Of a stretch of DNA of 32,000 nucleotides, positions 16,850-25,184 are shown piece by piece. The notes under the pieces are model-generated. The model ran no database searches and was not told where the DNA came from. It was given only the letters and a program-made list of their open reading frames with translations. A program made the translations under genes and the position numbers. Numbering within the stretch: the first letter of the stretch is position 1; the number at the start of each line of letters is the position of its first letter. The stretch covers positions 1 through 32,000 of the forward strand of contig DATLJB010000078.1 of the NCBI GenBank assembly GCA_035539075.1, written 5' to 3'. Origin of the DNA: Terriglobia bacterium (lineage in GTDB: Bacteria; Pseudomonadota; Alphaproteobacteria; Dongiales; Dongiaceae).

Positions 16850-18001
16850 ATGATTGATTTGCCGACGACTGTGCTCAGCCCGCGCACCCTCATGGCGAGC
16901 GCGCTGAGCGAGGGGGAGCCGTTTACGCGCGCTTTGACGCCGGCCATCCACGTCGCCACGACCTATATACGCGACGCCGATAACGGCTACAGTTCGGGCA
17001 ATGTCTATGGACGGGCGGACAACACCTCGGTTCGGCAGGCCGAATCGCTGATTTCCGACTTGGAAGGCGCTGCGGAATCGCTGCTGTTCGGCTCCGGCAC
17101 CGCGGCGGCCACGGCACTCTTCCTCTCCTTGGAGCCGACGCATATCCTTGCCCCTCAGCTCATGTATTGGGGGTTGCGTACCTGGCTGCAGCAGCTGCCG
17201 CGCTTCGGCCATCAAGTCACCTTCGTCGACATGTCGGATGTCGCTGCGGTACAGGCGGCGATCCGGCCCGGCGAGACTGGGCTTGTCTGGATCGAGACGC
17301 CCAGCAATCCGCTCTGGACCATTACCGATATCGCCGCCGTCGCTGCCTGCGCCCGCGCTGCCGGCGCGCTTGTCGCGGCGGATTCGACGGCCGCCACGCC
17401 TATCCTGACGCAGCCGCTGGCCTACGGCGCCGATCTCGTCATGCATTCGGCCACGAAATACCTCAACGGCCATTCCGATGTCAGTGCCGGCGTCCTGGCG
17501 ATCGCCCGCCCGGGTGAATTGTGGAGCCGGATCCGCAAGATGCGCGAGCAGCATGGCGCAGTTCTCGGCCCCTTCGAGGCCTGGCTGTTGACGCGCGGCC
17601 TGCGGACACTCGACATTCGGGTGAAGGCGCAAAGCAAGAGCGCCGAGATACTGGCTCGGCGGCTGGCGAAGCATCCGGCGGTGGCCTCCGTGCTTTATCC
17701 CGGCCTCGCCGATAGCCCCGGCCATCGCATCGCCGCCAGCCAGATGACGGGCGGCTTCGGCGGCATGCTGTCGATCCGCTTGAAAGGCGGGCCGCGGACG
17801 GCCATCGCCACTGCCGCCCATGTCAGCATCTGGCGCCGGGCGACGTCCTTCGGCGGCATCGAGAGCCTGATCGAGCACCGCTCCTCCATGGAAGGCGAAG
17901 GCTCGCCCTGTCCCACCGATCTCCTGCGTCTCTCCGTCGGACTGGAAGACCCGGATGATCTGTTCAGCGATCTCGATCGGGCCATCGCGCGCTCGGCGTG
18001 A
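16850..18001 (+). CDS. Cys/Met-metabolism PLP-dependent enzyme (cystathionine gamma-synthase/beta-lyase family)
   Basis: ATG 5 nt after GGAG. Family hallmarks: SATKYLNGHSD (PLP-lysine motif), ETPSNP, and the C-terminal LLRLSVGLEDPDDL. Confidence 0.85.
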   Translation: MIDLPTTVLSPRTLMASALSEGEPFTRALTPAIHVATTYIRDADNGYSSGNVYGRADNTSVRQAESLISDLEGAAESLLFGSGTAAATALFLSLEPTHILAPQLMYWGLRTWLQQLPRFGHQVTFVDMSDVAAVQAAIRPGETGLVWIETPSNPLWTITDIAAVAACARAAGALVAADSTAATPILTQPLAYGADLVMHSATKYLNGHSDVSAGVLAIARPGELWSRIRKMREQHGAVLGPFEAWLLTRGLRTLDIRVKAQSKSAEILARRLAKHPAVASVLYPGLADSPGHRIAASQMTGGFGGMLSIRLKGGPRTAIATAAHVSIWRRATSFGGIESLIEHRSSMEGEGSPCPTDLLRLSVGLEDPDDLFSDLDRAIARSA

Positions 18002-18027
18002 TATCGGCGCATCTAAGGAGTAACCAT

Positions 18028-18747
18028 ATGCTGCCTACCGTCGCTGTGGCGATCATGTGCAAAACCCCCCGGCCCGGTCTCTCGAAGACGCGGCTTTCGC
18101 CGCCTTTGCGACCGGACGAATGCGCCGAGATTTCCGGCTGCTTCATTCGCGACCTGGCGGGCACGATCTCGCATCTGACCGCCGAAGGGCAGTCGAAAGG
18201 TTATGCGGTCTATACGCCGCTCGGCTCGGAGCGTGAACTGACGCGCTTCCTGCCATCCGGCTTCGGCATGGTACCGCAATGTGAGGGCGATTTCGGTGTG
18301 CGGCTCTATCGGGGCATCGTCGACCTGCTGGCGATCGGTCATGCTGGTGCGATCCTCGTCAATTCGGACAGTCCGACCCTGCCGCGCGCGATCCTCCGCG
18401 CGGCGGTGCAGGCAGTACGGGAGGGCGACAAACTGGTTCTCGGCCCGGCGCTCGACGGCGGCTATACGCTGATCGGCCTCTCGCGGCCACATCGCCATCT
18501 GTTCGATGACATTCCCTGGAGTACCGGGGAGGTCTACCGGCTGACCTTGCAACGGGCGCAGGAGATCGACCTGCCGGTCGCCATCGTCGACGGCTGGTAT
18601 GATATCGACGACGCGGCCTCATACGCGGTCCTGGAAGCGGAGATCGACGGCAAGCGCCCGGGCTTCGCTGCCGATCAGCCGCTGGAACTGGCCCCGGCTA
18701 CCCGGCGTTTCCTGACCAAGCGCCGCACCATGCCGCATGTAGCGTGA
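18028..18747 (+). CDS. DUF2064-type nucleotide-diphospho-sugar-transferase-fold protein
   Basis: ATG after AAGGAG. N-terminal VAIMCKTPRPGLSKTRLSPPL fits the K.P.PG..KTRL motif I associate with DUF2064, and ..SDSPTLP..GPALDGGYTLIG.. follows. Confidence 0.7.
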   Translation: MLPTVAVAIMCKTPRPGLSKTRLSPPLRPDECAEISGCFIRDLAGTISHLTAEGQSKGYAVYTPLGSERELTRFLPSGFGMVPQCEGDFGVRLYRGIVDLLAIGHAGAILVNSDSPTLPRAILRAAVQAVREGDKLVLGPALDGGYTLIGLSRPHRHLFDDIPWSTGEVYRLTLQRAQEIDLPVAIVDGWYDIDDAASYAVLEAEIDGKRPGFAADQPLELAPATRRFLTKRRTMPHVA

Positions 18748-19484
18748 GGATCATGCAAATACCGGTCATTGCCGTCGTCATCCCCTGTCTCAATGAAGAG
18801 GCACCGATCGGCGTCGTCATCCGCGAAGTGCTGGCGCAGCCGGTCGCCGAGGTGATCGTCGTCGATAACGGTTCGACGGATGGCACCGCCGAAGTTGCGG
18901 CTGCCGCCGGTGCGCGGGTCGTGCGCGAGCCGGTGCGCGGATATGGCCGCGCCTGTGCCGCCGGAATCGCCGCGTTGCGTCCGGAGACGGATATCGTCTG
19001 CTTTCTCGATGGCGATGGCAGCGACGTTCCCGCCTTCATTCCCGCCCTGGTTGCGCCGCTGACGGAAGATCGGGCCGACTTCGTGATGGGATCGCGCCTG
19101 CGCGGGCGGCGCGAACGCGGCAGCCTGGCGCCGCAACAGGTCGTTGCCGGCTGGCTTGCCGGTCTGCTCTTGCGCATGACCTATGGCGTGCGGTTCACCG
19201 ACATGTCGCCGCTGCGGGCGATGCGCGCCGATCGCCTGCAGGCCCTGGGCATGCAGGAGGCGACCTATGGCTGGAACCTGGAAATGCAAATGCGCGTGGC
19301 GGCCGCCGGCCTGCGGAGCATGGAGATTCCCGTCGATCACCGTTGCCGCCGCGGCGGCAGGTCCAAGGTGTCCGGCAATCTCGCGGCCGGCCTCATGGCC
19401 GCATGCAAGATCGCCTCGACCTTCTTTCGCCTGGCGCGAGAGCTGCCCGCCCGGCGCCGCGATATTCCGCGCGGTGTCTATTGA
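18744..19484 (+). CDS. family 2 glycosyltransferase (polyprenyl-phosphate sugar synthase-like)
   Basis: VVIPCLNEE...VIVVDNGSTDGT...FLDGDGSD (GT-A fold, DxD). The GTG at 18744 overlaps the upstream stop (GTGA). The ATG at 18753 is an alternative. Confidence 0.82.
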   Translation: MRIMQIPVIAVVIPCLNEEAPIGVVIREVLAQPVAEVIVVDNGSTDGTAEVAAAAGARVVREPVRGYGRACAAGIAALRPETDIVCFLDGDGSDVPAFIPALVAPLTEDRADFVMGSRLRGRRERGSLAPQQVVAGWLAGLLLRMTYGVRFTDMSPLRAMRADRLQALGMQEATYGWNLEMQMRVAAAGLRSMEIPVDHRCRRGGRSKVSGNLAAGLMAACKIASTFFRLARELPARRRDIPRGVY

Positions 19485-19506
19485 TTCGGCAGACATGGAG
19501 AGAAGC

Positions 19507-20583
19507 ATGCGTGTTCTGCTGACGGGTGGTGCCGGTTTCATCGGTGACCATGTGCTTCGGATCCTGCTCGCCAACGGTCACGAGGTCCGCGTAATGGACT
19601 CGTTGCGTCCGGATGTTCACCGCGGAGCGCGTTGGATGCCGCCCGAGGAGGTCGAGTTCCAGGTCGCTGACCTGTGCGATCCCACCGCAATTGATCGCGC
19701 GCTCGGCGGAATGGACGCCGTCGTTCATCTCGCCGCCAAGGTGGGCCTCGGCGTCGCTATCGGCGATATGCCGGATTATGCCGCGTCGAACGATCTCGGT
19801 ACCGCCGAATTGCTGGCCGGTATGGCGCGGGCCAATGTGGGCCGCCTCACCTTGGCGAGTTCCATGGTGGTCTATGGCGAGGGTCTCGGCCTCTGCCCGG
19901 ATCATGGCGAGGTGACACCGGCGCCGCGTCAGCCGGCAGCATTGGAGGCCGGCGATTTCGAACCGCCCTGCCCGGTCTGCGAGCGCCCGCTCGCGCCGCT
20001 CCTGGTGCGGGAGACGGCGAGACCCGATCCCCGCAACGCCTATGCGACCAGCAAGCTGGCGCAGGAATTCTATGCCGCAAACTGGGCGCGGGCGACCGGC
20101 GGCAGTGTCGCCATGATGCGCTACCATAACGTCTACGGGCCCGGCATGCCGAAGGACACGCCCTATGCCGGCGTAGCGGCGATTTTCACCTCGATGCTGC
20201 GGGCGGGCAAGGCGCCGCAAGTCTTCGAGGATGGCGGGCAGCGGCGGGATTTCATCCATGTGAGCGACGTCGCGGCCGCGACGGTGCGAGCCTGCGAGGC
20301 CCACGGTGCGGGTGTCACAGCATTCAATGTAGGCTCCGGCATGCCGCGCACGGTCGGCGAGATGGCGCAGGCCCTGTCGCTGGCGCTCGGCGGCCCCGAA
20401 CCGGTGGTGACCGGCCGCTACCGATTGGGCGATGTTCGCCATATCACCGCCGATTCCCGCCGTCTGCGCGACCAATTGGCTTGGCACCCAGAGGTCGATT
20501 TCAACGCCGGCATGGCGGAGCTTGCCGGTGCATCCGACCCCAAGTCGGCAACGGCGAGCAGGCGGCGCGCGGTGGGGCGATGA
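19507..20583 (+). CDS. NAD-dependent epimerase/dehydratase (extended SDR) with a Cys/His-containing insertion
   Basis: MRVLLTGGAGFIGDHV at the ATG at 19507, which follows GGAGAG. Catalytic YATSK. About 35 extra residues with CPDH...CPVC lie between the SS..VYG and Y..SK segments. The 466-aa track ORF is an upstream extension. Confidence 0.85.
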   Translation: MRVLLTGGAGFIGDHVLRILLANGHEVRVMDSLRPDVHRGARWMPPEEVEFQVADLCDPTAIDRALGGMDAVVHLAAKVGLGVAIGDMPDYAASNDLGTAELLAGMARANVGRLTLASSMVVYGEGLGLCPDHGEVTPAPRQPAALEAGDFEPPCPVCERPLAPLLVRETARPDPRNAYATSKLAQEFYAANWARATGGSVAMMRYHNVYGPGMPKDTPYAGVAAIFTSMLRAGKAPQVFEDGGQRRDFIHVSDVAAATVRACEAHGAGVTAFNVGSGMPRTVGEMAQALSLALGGPEPVVTGRYRLGDVRHITADSRRLRDQLAWHPEVDFNAGMAELAGASDPKSATASRRRAVGR

Positions 20584-20948
20584 ATCGTTTCGGCCTTATC
20601 GCGCTGATCCTGGTGAGCGTTGCGGCCAACGCTTCGGCGCAGATTCTGCTGCGCTGGGCAGCGAAAGGCGGCCTGGTGCCGGCGGGCGGCTGGACGACCG
20701 CCTCGTTCTTTGCGCTGCTGTTCCGGCCGGGGATCATCGGCGGTCTTGCCTGCTATGCCCTCAGTCTCGTCGTCTGGGTGATTGTGCTGAGCCGCACCGA
20801 GGTCTCGTTCGCCTATCCATTCCTTGGCGTCGGCTTCGTGCTCGTCACCTTTGTCTCGGCTATTCTATTGAACGAGGACGTTACCGCGCAGCGCATGGCC
20901 GGCACCGCTCTTATCGCGCTCGGCGTCGCTGTCCTTGCTCGCAGCTGA
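20580..20948 (+). CDS. small 4-TM membrane protein, EamA/ArnE/ArnF-like (candidate lipid-linked sugar flippase subunit)
   Basis: The ATG at 20580 overlaps the epimerase stop (ATGA). 122 aa with four hydrophobic segments. The pattern resembles ArnE/ArnF-type SMR/DMT half-transporters. Confidence 0.7.
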   Translation: MNRFGLIALILVSVAANASAQILLRWAAKGGLVPAGGWTTASFFALLFRPGIIGGLACYALSLVVWVIVLSRTEVSFAYPFLGVGFVLVTFVSAILLNEDVTAQRMAGTALIALGVAVLARS

Positions 20949-20974
20949 CACCCGCAGCGGACAGTGGCAGCGCG

Positions 20975-23011
20975 CTATTTCCGTGCTTGTGGCACAGCAG
21001 GGTCATCGCCGTCAGCCGCGACATAGATGCGCCATTTTCCGTCGGCGGCCTCGGCCAGGCGGAACAGCCTGCTGGCGGCAAACAGGTCACGCGCCCAGGC
21101 GCCGTCCTGCGGCGTCACCACGGCGGCGCGGCATCCGTAATCGTGATAAAGACGGTCGACATCCTCCGGCGCACCGCTGCCATCGAAGACCCGCAGGAAC
21201 AGCGCCGATATTTGCAGCCGCTGCTCGGGCGCCAGCGAGGCGAAGGCGATGGCCAGCTCGTTGCCGGCAAAGCAGGAACGGCGGTCGGAGAGAAGTGCCC
21301 AGGATATATTGACTGGCCAGGGGGTCATTTCCTGAAGATAGGCGGGGTTGTTGGCGATCCGGGTCTGTGCGGTGGTATATTTTCGCAGCGCTGCCCAGAG
21401 AGCCGGCGACCGGGCGAAGGCTGCGGCCGAAGGTGTCATGTGACCGAAAAGATTGCCGGAGATGTTATGGGCAGTGTCGGGCAATGCGGCCATGAAAACC
21501 GCCAGCAATGCCGCCGCCGGGGGCAGGATGCGTCGCGCGGGATACGCGGCAAGCCAATGTGTGACAGCGATCGCCGCTGCAATTGTCAGGATGAAGAGTC
21601 CCGGCAGTACCGCGCGCCAGCCGAGATCGTTATTGTCCCCGACGGTACTCAACAGCAGCCAGCTGCAACAGAGCGAGCCGAGGCACAATGCCGTGAAAGC
21701 CTGGATCGTCAGCCGCCGTTGCCCGCTGTCAACGGAAGCAGCGGCGAGCTGACGCAGGCCGATCAGGCCCGGCACGAAGATCAAGGGAAATTCGATGGGG
21801 AGCAGGACGAGCCAATAGGCAGGTATGTCGAGGATCCGCCGCAGGCCGGGCGGAACCAGCGTGCCGAGCACGGGAGTCGGATGGATTGTGATCGGCAGGC
21901 CGCCGCGTGCTCCCTGTTCCTGCAACTGGCTGGCGATCAGCGGGTAGGAGAGAAGGAAGGCGCCGGCAGCACCCGCCAGGCTTGCGGTCAATAGAAGCCG
22001 GCGTTGCGGCGGATTGATTCTGGCCAGCAAGAGCGGACCGATCACGGCGCCGCACAGGGCCAGCGTGATGCCGCCGACCCAGATCGAGCTTTGAAACCCG
22101 GCCGCCAGAATCAGCGCCAGGATCACCGTGCCGAAGAACGTCGGGCGAAGGGCCAGTTCGACCAGAAGCAGGACCGTGACCAGGACGCAGGCCGCCGCCA
22201 TGACGTGATGCGGGCTCCAGCTGCTCTGGAACAGCCAGCCTGCGAGGCCGCTGCCGTGCTTCAGCGCGGCATGGAGCGGCTCTTCCCCGAAGAGGCCGAC
22301 CAGCGCCGGCCGCAAAGAACCCATCACGCTGAGGATCAGCACCAGCAGCGCGGGCCTGCGGCGCCCCGATAGACGGAGGGTAAGCCCGGCCATGGTCATA
22401 AGCGAGCCGAAGGCCGAGAACCAGCTGAGGCCGATATCGGCTTCCCAGCCACTGGCGCCGGTCAGCCTCGCCAGCTGCGCCGCGCTGAAGTGCCAGAGAT
22501 AGTAATAAGAGACGCGGCCCTCGCCGCCACCGGCTGCAAAGAAAGGATTGGCGGGCGGAACGCCGCCGCGCAGCATCTCATCGATTAGGGCGATTTTGGA
22601 ATGGTCAAAGATCGGGCCGGCGAGAATCACGCCGTCGGCGACGGCTTTCGGCATGACCGCGGCAGCGGGCAGAAGGGCGACGATGGCAGCCACGATGTAA
22701 AGGGCGAAAGGCAGGGCCGGCGCCCGCGATGCAGCTTGGCTACTGGCATCCGGCGTGCTGTAACGGTGCCGCTTGGCGAGCGCTAGGCCGGCGATGATGA
22801 TTGCCGCGGCAAGCACGGCCACGACGGAAAAGGCCGCAGCCGTACTTAAGGCGAGCGAGACCACGCTCTGCGTGGCCCAACCGGTGATCGGTGCCAGGGG
22901 CAAGGCGAGGTCGCGCCCCAGCGCCAGCCGCCGGTTGACGAGCCAGCCGAGGCTCATCCACAGCACCAGGGCGGCGACACCGCATAGAATTGAACCTGAA
23001 AGTGAAGCCAT
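20975..23011 (-). CDS. large polytopic membrane protein, putative GT-C-type glycosyltransferase
   Basis: 678 aa, ATG at 23011. Many hydrophobic segments. An early loop carries acidic residues (PIFDHSKIALIDEM). Soluble C-terminal domain of about 130 aa. Convergent with the GT2/flippase-like operon, 26 nt between stops. The function is inferred from context only. Confidence 0.6.
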   Translation of the reverse strand: MASLSGSILCGVAALVLWMSLGWLVNRRLALGRDLALPLAPITGWATQSVVSLALSTAAAFSVVAVLAAAIIIAGLALAKRHRYSTPDASSQAASRAPALPFALYIVAAIVALLPAAAVMPKAVADGVILAGPIFDHSKIALIDEMLRGGVPPANPFFAAGGGEGRVSYYYLWHFSAAQLARLTGASGWEADIGLSWFSAFGSLMTMAGLTLRLSGRRRPALLVLILSVMGSLRPALVGLFGEEPLHAALKHGSGLAGWLFQSSWSPHHVMAAACVLVTVLLLVELALRPTFFGTVILALILAAGFQSSIWVGGITLALCGAVIGPLLLARINPPQRRLLLTASLAGAAGAFLLSYPLIASQLQEQGARGGLPITIHPTPVLGTLVPPGLRRILDIPAYWLVLLPIEFPLIFVPGLIGLRQLAAASVDSGQRRLTIQAFTALCLGSLCCSWLLLSTVGDNNDLGWRAVLPGLFILTIAAAIAVTHWLAAYPARRILPPAAALLAVFMAALPDTAHNISGNLFGHMTPSAAAFARSPALWAALRKYTTAQTRIANNPAYLQEMTPWPVNISWALLSDRRSCFAGNELAIAFASLAPEQRLQISALFLRVFDGSGAPEDVDRLYHDYGCRAAVVTPQDGAWARDLFAASRLFRLAEAADGKWRIYVAADGDDPAVPQARK

Positions 23012-23123
23012 CAGTAACCGGCAGCTCCGCGGCTATTTTTCATAGCGTCAATCCCCCCGCGAGCATTCTACCCCAGGCCAGCGGCTTTTGCCTTTACGGA
23101 TCGCGGTTTGATCAGTCCCGGTG

Positions 23124-23918
23124 TCATATCCCGCTGAACCAGTTGAAGCCCTGCTTTTCCCAAAAGCCCTCGACATAGGTGTTGGTTACCTCGATCGCAC
23201 GGATCCATTTCGCGTTCTTGAAGCCGATCTTGACCGCGGTGCGTAAACGCAGGGGAAAGCCGAAGGGATCGGTGATCGGCTCGCCGGCATATTTCGTCGC
23301 CAGGATCGTTTGCGGATGCAGCGCCGAGGGCATGTCCAGGCATTCGGTGTAATTGTCATTGCAATGGAAGACGACATATTTGGCGGTAAGATCCGCACCG
23401 ATCTGGGTCAGAAACTGCTTCAGGTTCGGTCCCGACCATTGGCCGATATAGTCCCAGCCTTCGACGCAGATATGCTTGATGATCTCTTCCTGTTCAGGGA
23501 AGGCGTAGATCTGTTCCAGCGGCCAGGGTCGCTTGTCCTGAACCAAGCCCGCCAGCTCGAGCTTCCAGTCCTTGCGATCGATCGGTTTCACCCGCTCGAT
23601 CTCATAATAGGCATTGAACCGCGGCGGCTTCACCACTTGCGAGGCCGGGTAGGTGGGGGCGAGCCGGTTCGGGTCGAAAAGCAGGCTCTGGACCCGGTCG
23701 TTGAATCCGGAAATAGTTCGCAGGAAGGATTGCACGGCGTCCCGGTCGGAGATGTTGCAACCGGTCAGGAATGTCAGCGCGCCTAGCGACAACGTCCCCT
23801 TCAGGACGCGGCGGCGCTCGATGCTTTCGATGAGTCTGGCATTCTCGGCAAGGATACTTCGGTCGGGCACGACCTTCGGGCGGAAGAGCGATCGCACGGG
23901 CAATCGGACGGACATCAT
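23124..23918 (-). CDS. small molybdopterin-dependent oxidoreductase (sulfite-oxidase/YedY-fold), Tat signal with lipobox
   Basis: ATG at 23918 after AAGGA. RRRVLKGTLSLGALTFLTGC is a twin-arginine motif followed by L-T-G-C. Mo-domain pattern (HICVEGW..., GFPLRL..., KWIRAIEV). Confidence 0.8.
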   Translation of the reverse strand: MMSVRLPVRSLFRPKVVPDRSILAENARLIESIERRRVLKGTLSLGALTFLTGCNISDRDAVQSFLRTISGFNDRVQSLLFDPNRLAPTYPASQVVKPPRFNAYYEIERVKPIDRKDWKLELAGLVQDKRPWPLEQIYAFPEQEEIIKHICVEGWDYIGQWSGPNLKQFLTQIGADLTAKYVVFHCNDNYTECLDMPSALHPQTILATKYAGEPITDPFGFPLRLRTAVKIGFKNAKWIRAIEVTNTYVEGFWEKQGFNWFSGI

Positions 23919-23927
23919 CGATTCCTT

Positions 23928-24599
23928 TCAGCGGTGCGTGTCGGCGTTGGCGTCGGCGGCGGATGCCGAGAGGCGCGGGCCGCCGGTCAGCATGGCAAGG
24001 ATTGTCTTCGGCACCAGCAGTGCCAAGGTTACATGGACGATGGCGAACAGCACGATCGCCGTCATGCCGAGGAAATGCACCAGACGTGCGCCCTGGAAAC
24101 TGCCGAAGAGCGAAACGAGGCCCGAGAATTGCACCGGCTTCCAGATCGCAATGCCGGAAACGACCTGTAGGACGACGATAAGGATTACGCCGACATAGAG
24201 CACTTTCTGTACGGCATTGTAATGGGTGAGGTCGGCATGTTTCAGGCGGAGGGTAAGCGCGGCAACCACCTCCCGGATCACCTCCGAGACCCGGATCGGC
24301 AGCAGCATGCGGCGGAATCTGCCCGTGAAGACGCCATAGCCAAGGTAGCAGAGGCCGTTCAGCACCAGGATCCACATGACGAAGAAATGCCATTGCAGCG
24401 CGTGCTGCGCCCAGATGCCGAGGGTGATCTGGTCGGGGAAATGCAGAAAGCCGAAGATCACCTCGTCGTTGTAGATTTTCCAGCCGCTCATCACCATGAG
24501 GATCATCGAGATTGCGTTAACCCAGTGCATGATGCGCAGCGGAAGCGGGTGCATGCGCCGCGAATCCTTTCCTCCGTGCATCTCTCGATTGGGGGTCAT
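23928..24599 (-). CDS. membrane b-type cytochrome (cytochrome b561 / Ni-hydrogenase CYTB-like family)
   Basis: Four hydrophobic helices with conserved His (RIMHWVNA.., ..LQWHFF.., ..LVHFLGM..IVH). Stop is 9 nt before the Mo-enzyme ATG. In-frame ATGs at 24581 and 24554 are alternative starts. Confidence 0.78.
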   Translation of the reverse strand: MTPNREMHGGKDSRRMHPLPLRIMHWVNAISMILMVMSGWKIYNDEVIFGFLHFPDQITLGIWAQHALQWHFFVMWILVLNGLCYLGYGVFTGRFRRMLLPIRVSEVIREVVAALTLRLKHADLTHYNAVQKVLYVGVILIVVLQVVSGIAIWKPVQFSGLVSLFGSFQGARLVHFLGMTAIVLFAIVHVTLALLVPKTILAMLTGGPRLSASAADANADTHR

Positions 24600-24666
24600 G
24601 CGCGTTACCTTTCATCAAACGTCCCGTGAGAGACGGCGGGTTGCGGAAAATCAAGTGGTCGAAGGC

Positions 24667-25140
24667 TCAGCGCCGGCTGATGGCGATGCGGATCGTTTCA
24701 TCGGGACCGAGCGGTGTCCCCTCAGCCCCGCTCCAACTCGCCAGCTTGAAGAAGTCCGCGCGGGAGATGTCGAGCACATCGATCTGGCGCGCGAGAATGG
24801 CGACGGTTTCGATCGGGACCGCGACCTGGTGGCGGTTCCAATCGAAATAGCCGCAGCACGTCGAGATCAGCTGGATCTTGCCGTCACCGCTGCGTATGAC
24901 GTCGGTTACGCGGCCCATTGTTCGGTCGTCGTAGTCGAGCAGTGGCAGGCCAATCAGGTCGCCGACCCGCACCTTCTGCGGGAAGCGGCGGCTCATCTTT
25001 TCCTCCGGCGTCAGGTTGCCGCTCGCGTCGGGAGCGGCTTCAGTATGGGCGCCGCCGGGCACCCCACCCGCCCAACTCGCCGGGGCGGCGCAGGTGAGGA
25101 ACAGGAGGCCGCAAGCGAGAATGGATGCGGTCTTTTTCAT
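24667..25140 (-). CDS. secreted PRC-barrel domain protein
   Basis: ATG 9 nt after GAGG. Signal peptide MKKTASILACGLLFLTCAAPASWA. The PRC-barrel-like core (VRVGDLIGLPLLDYDDRTMGRVTDVI...) is a pattern-level call. Confidence 0.65.
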   Translation of the reverse strand: MKKTASILACGLLFLTCAAPASWAGGVPGGAHTEAAPDASGNLTPEEKMSRRFPQKVRVGDLIGLPLLDYDDRTMGRVTDVIRSGDGKIQLISTCCGYFDWNRHQVAVPIETVAILARQIDVLDISRADFFKLASWSGAEGTPLGPDETIRIAISRR

Positions 25141-25184
25141 GACGATAACCTCGAAGAGCGATGGGTTGAGTTCCGGGAAGTCGC

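Noticed and set aside
306-21994. Many long ORFs antisense to, or out of frame with, the genes called above. Examples: 306-845(-), 4557-5417(-), 6097-7095(+), 7930-8925(+), 9008-10165(+), 11913-12737(+), 14243-15136(-), 16811-17878(-), 18675-19574(-), 20432-21994(+).
   Set aside because: Their translations are Arg/Pro/Gly/Ala-rich low-complexity strings without recognisable motifs. Each lies over a gene with a clear family signature. Stop-poor alternative frames like these are typical of GC-rich DNA.
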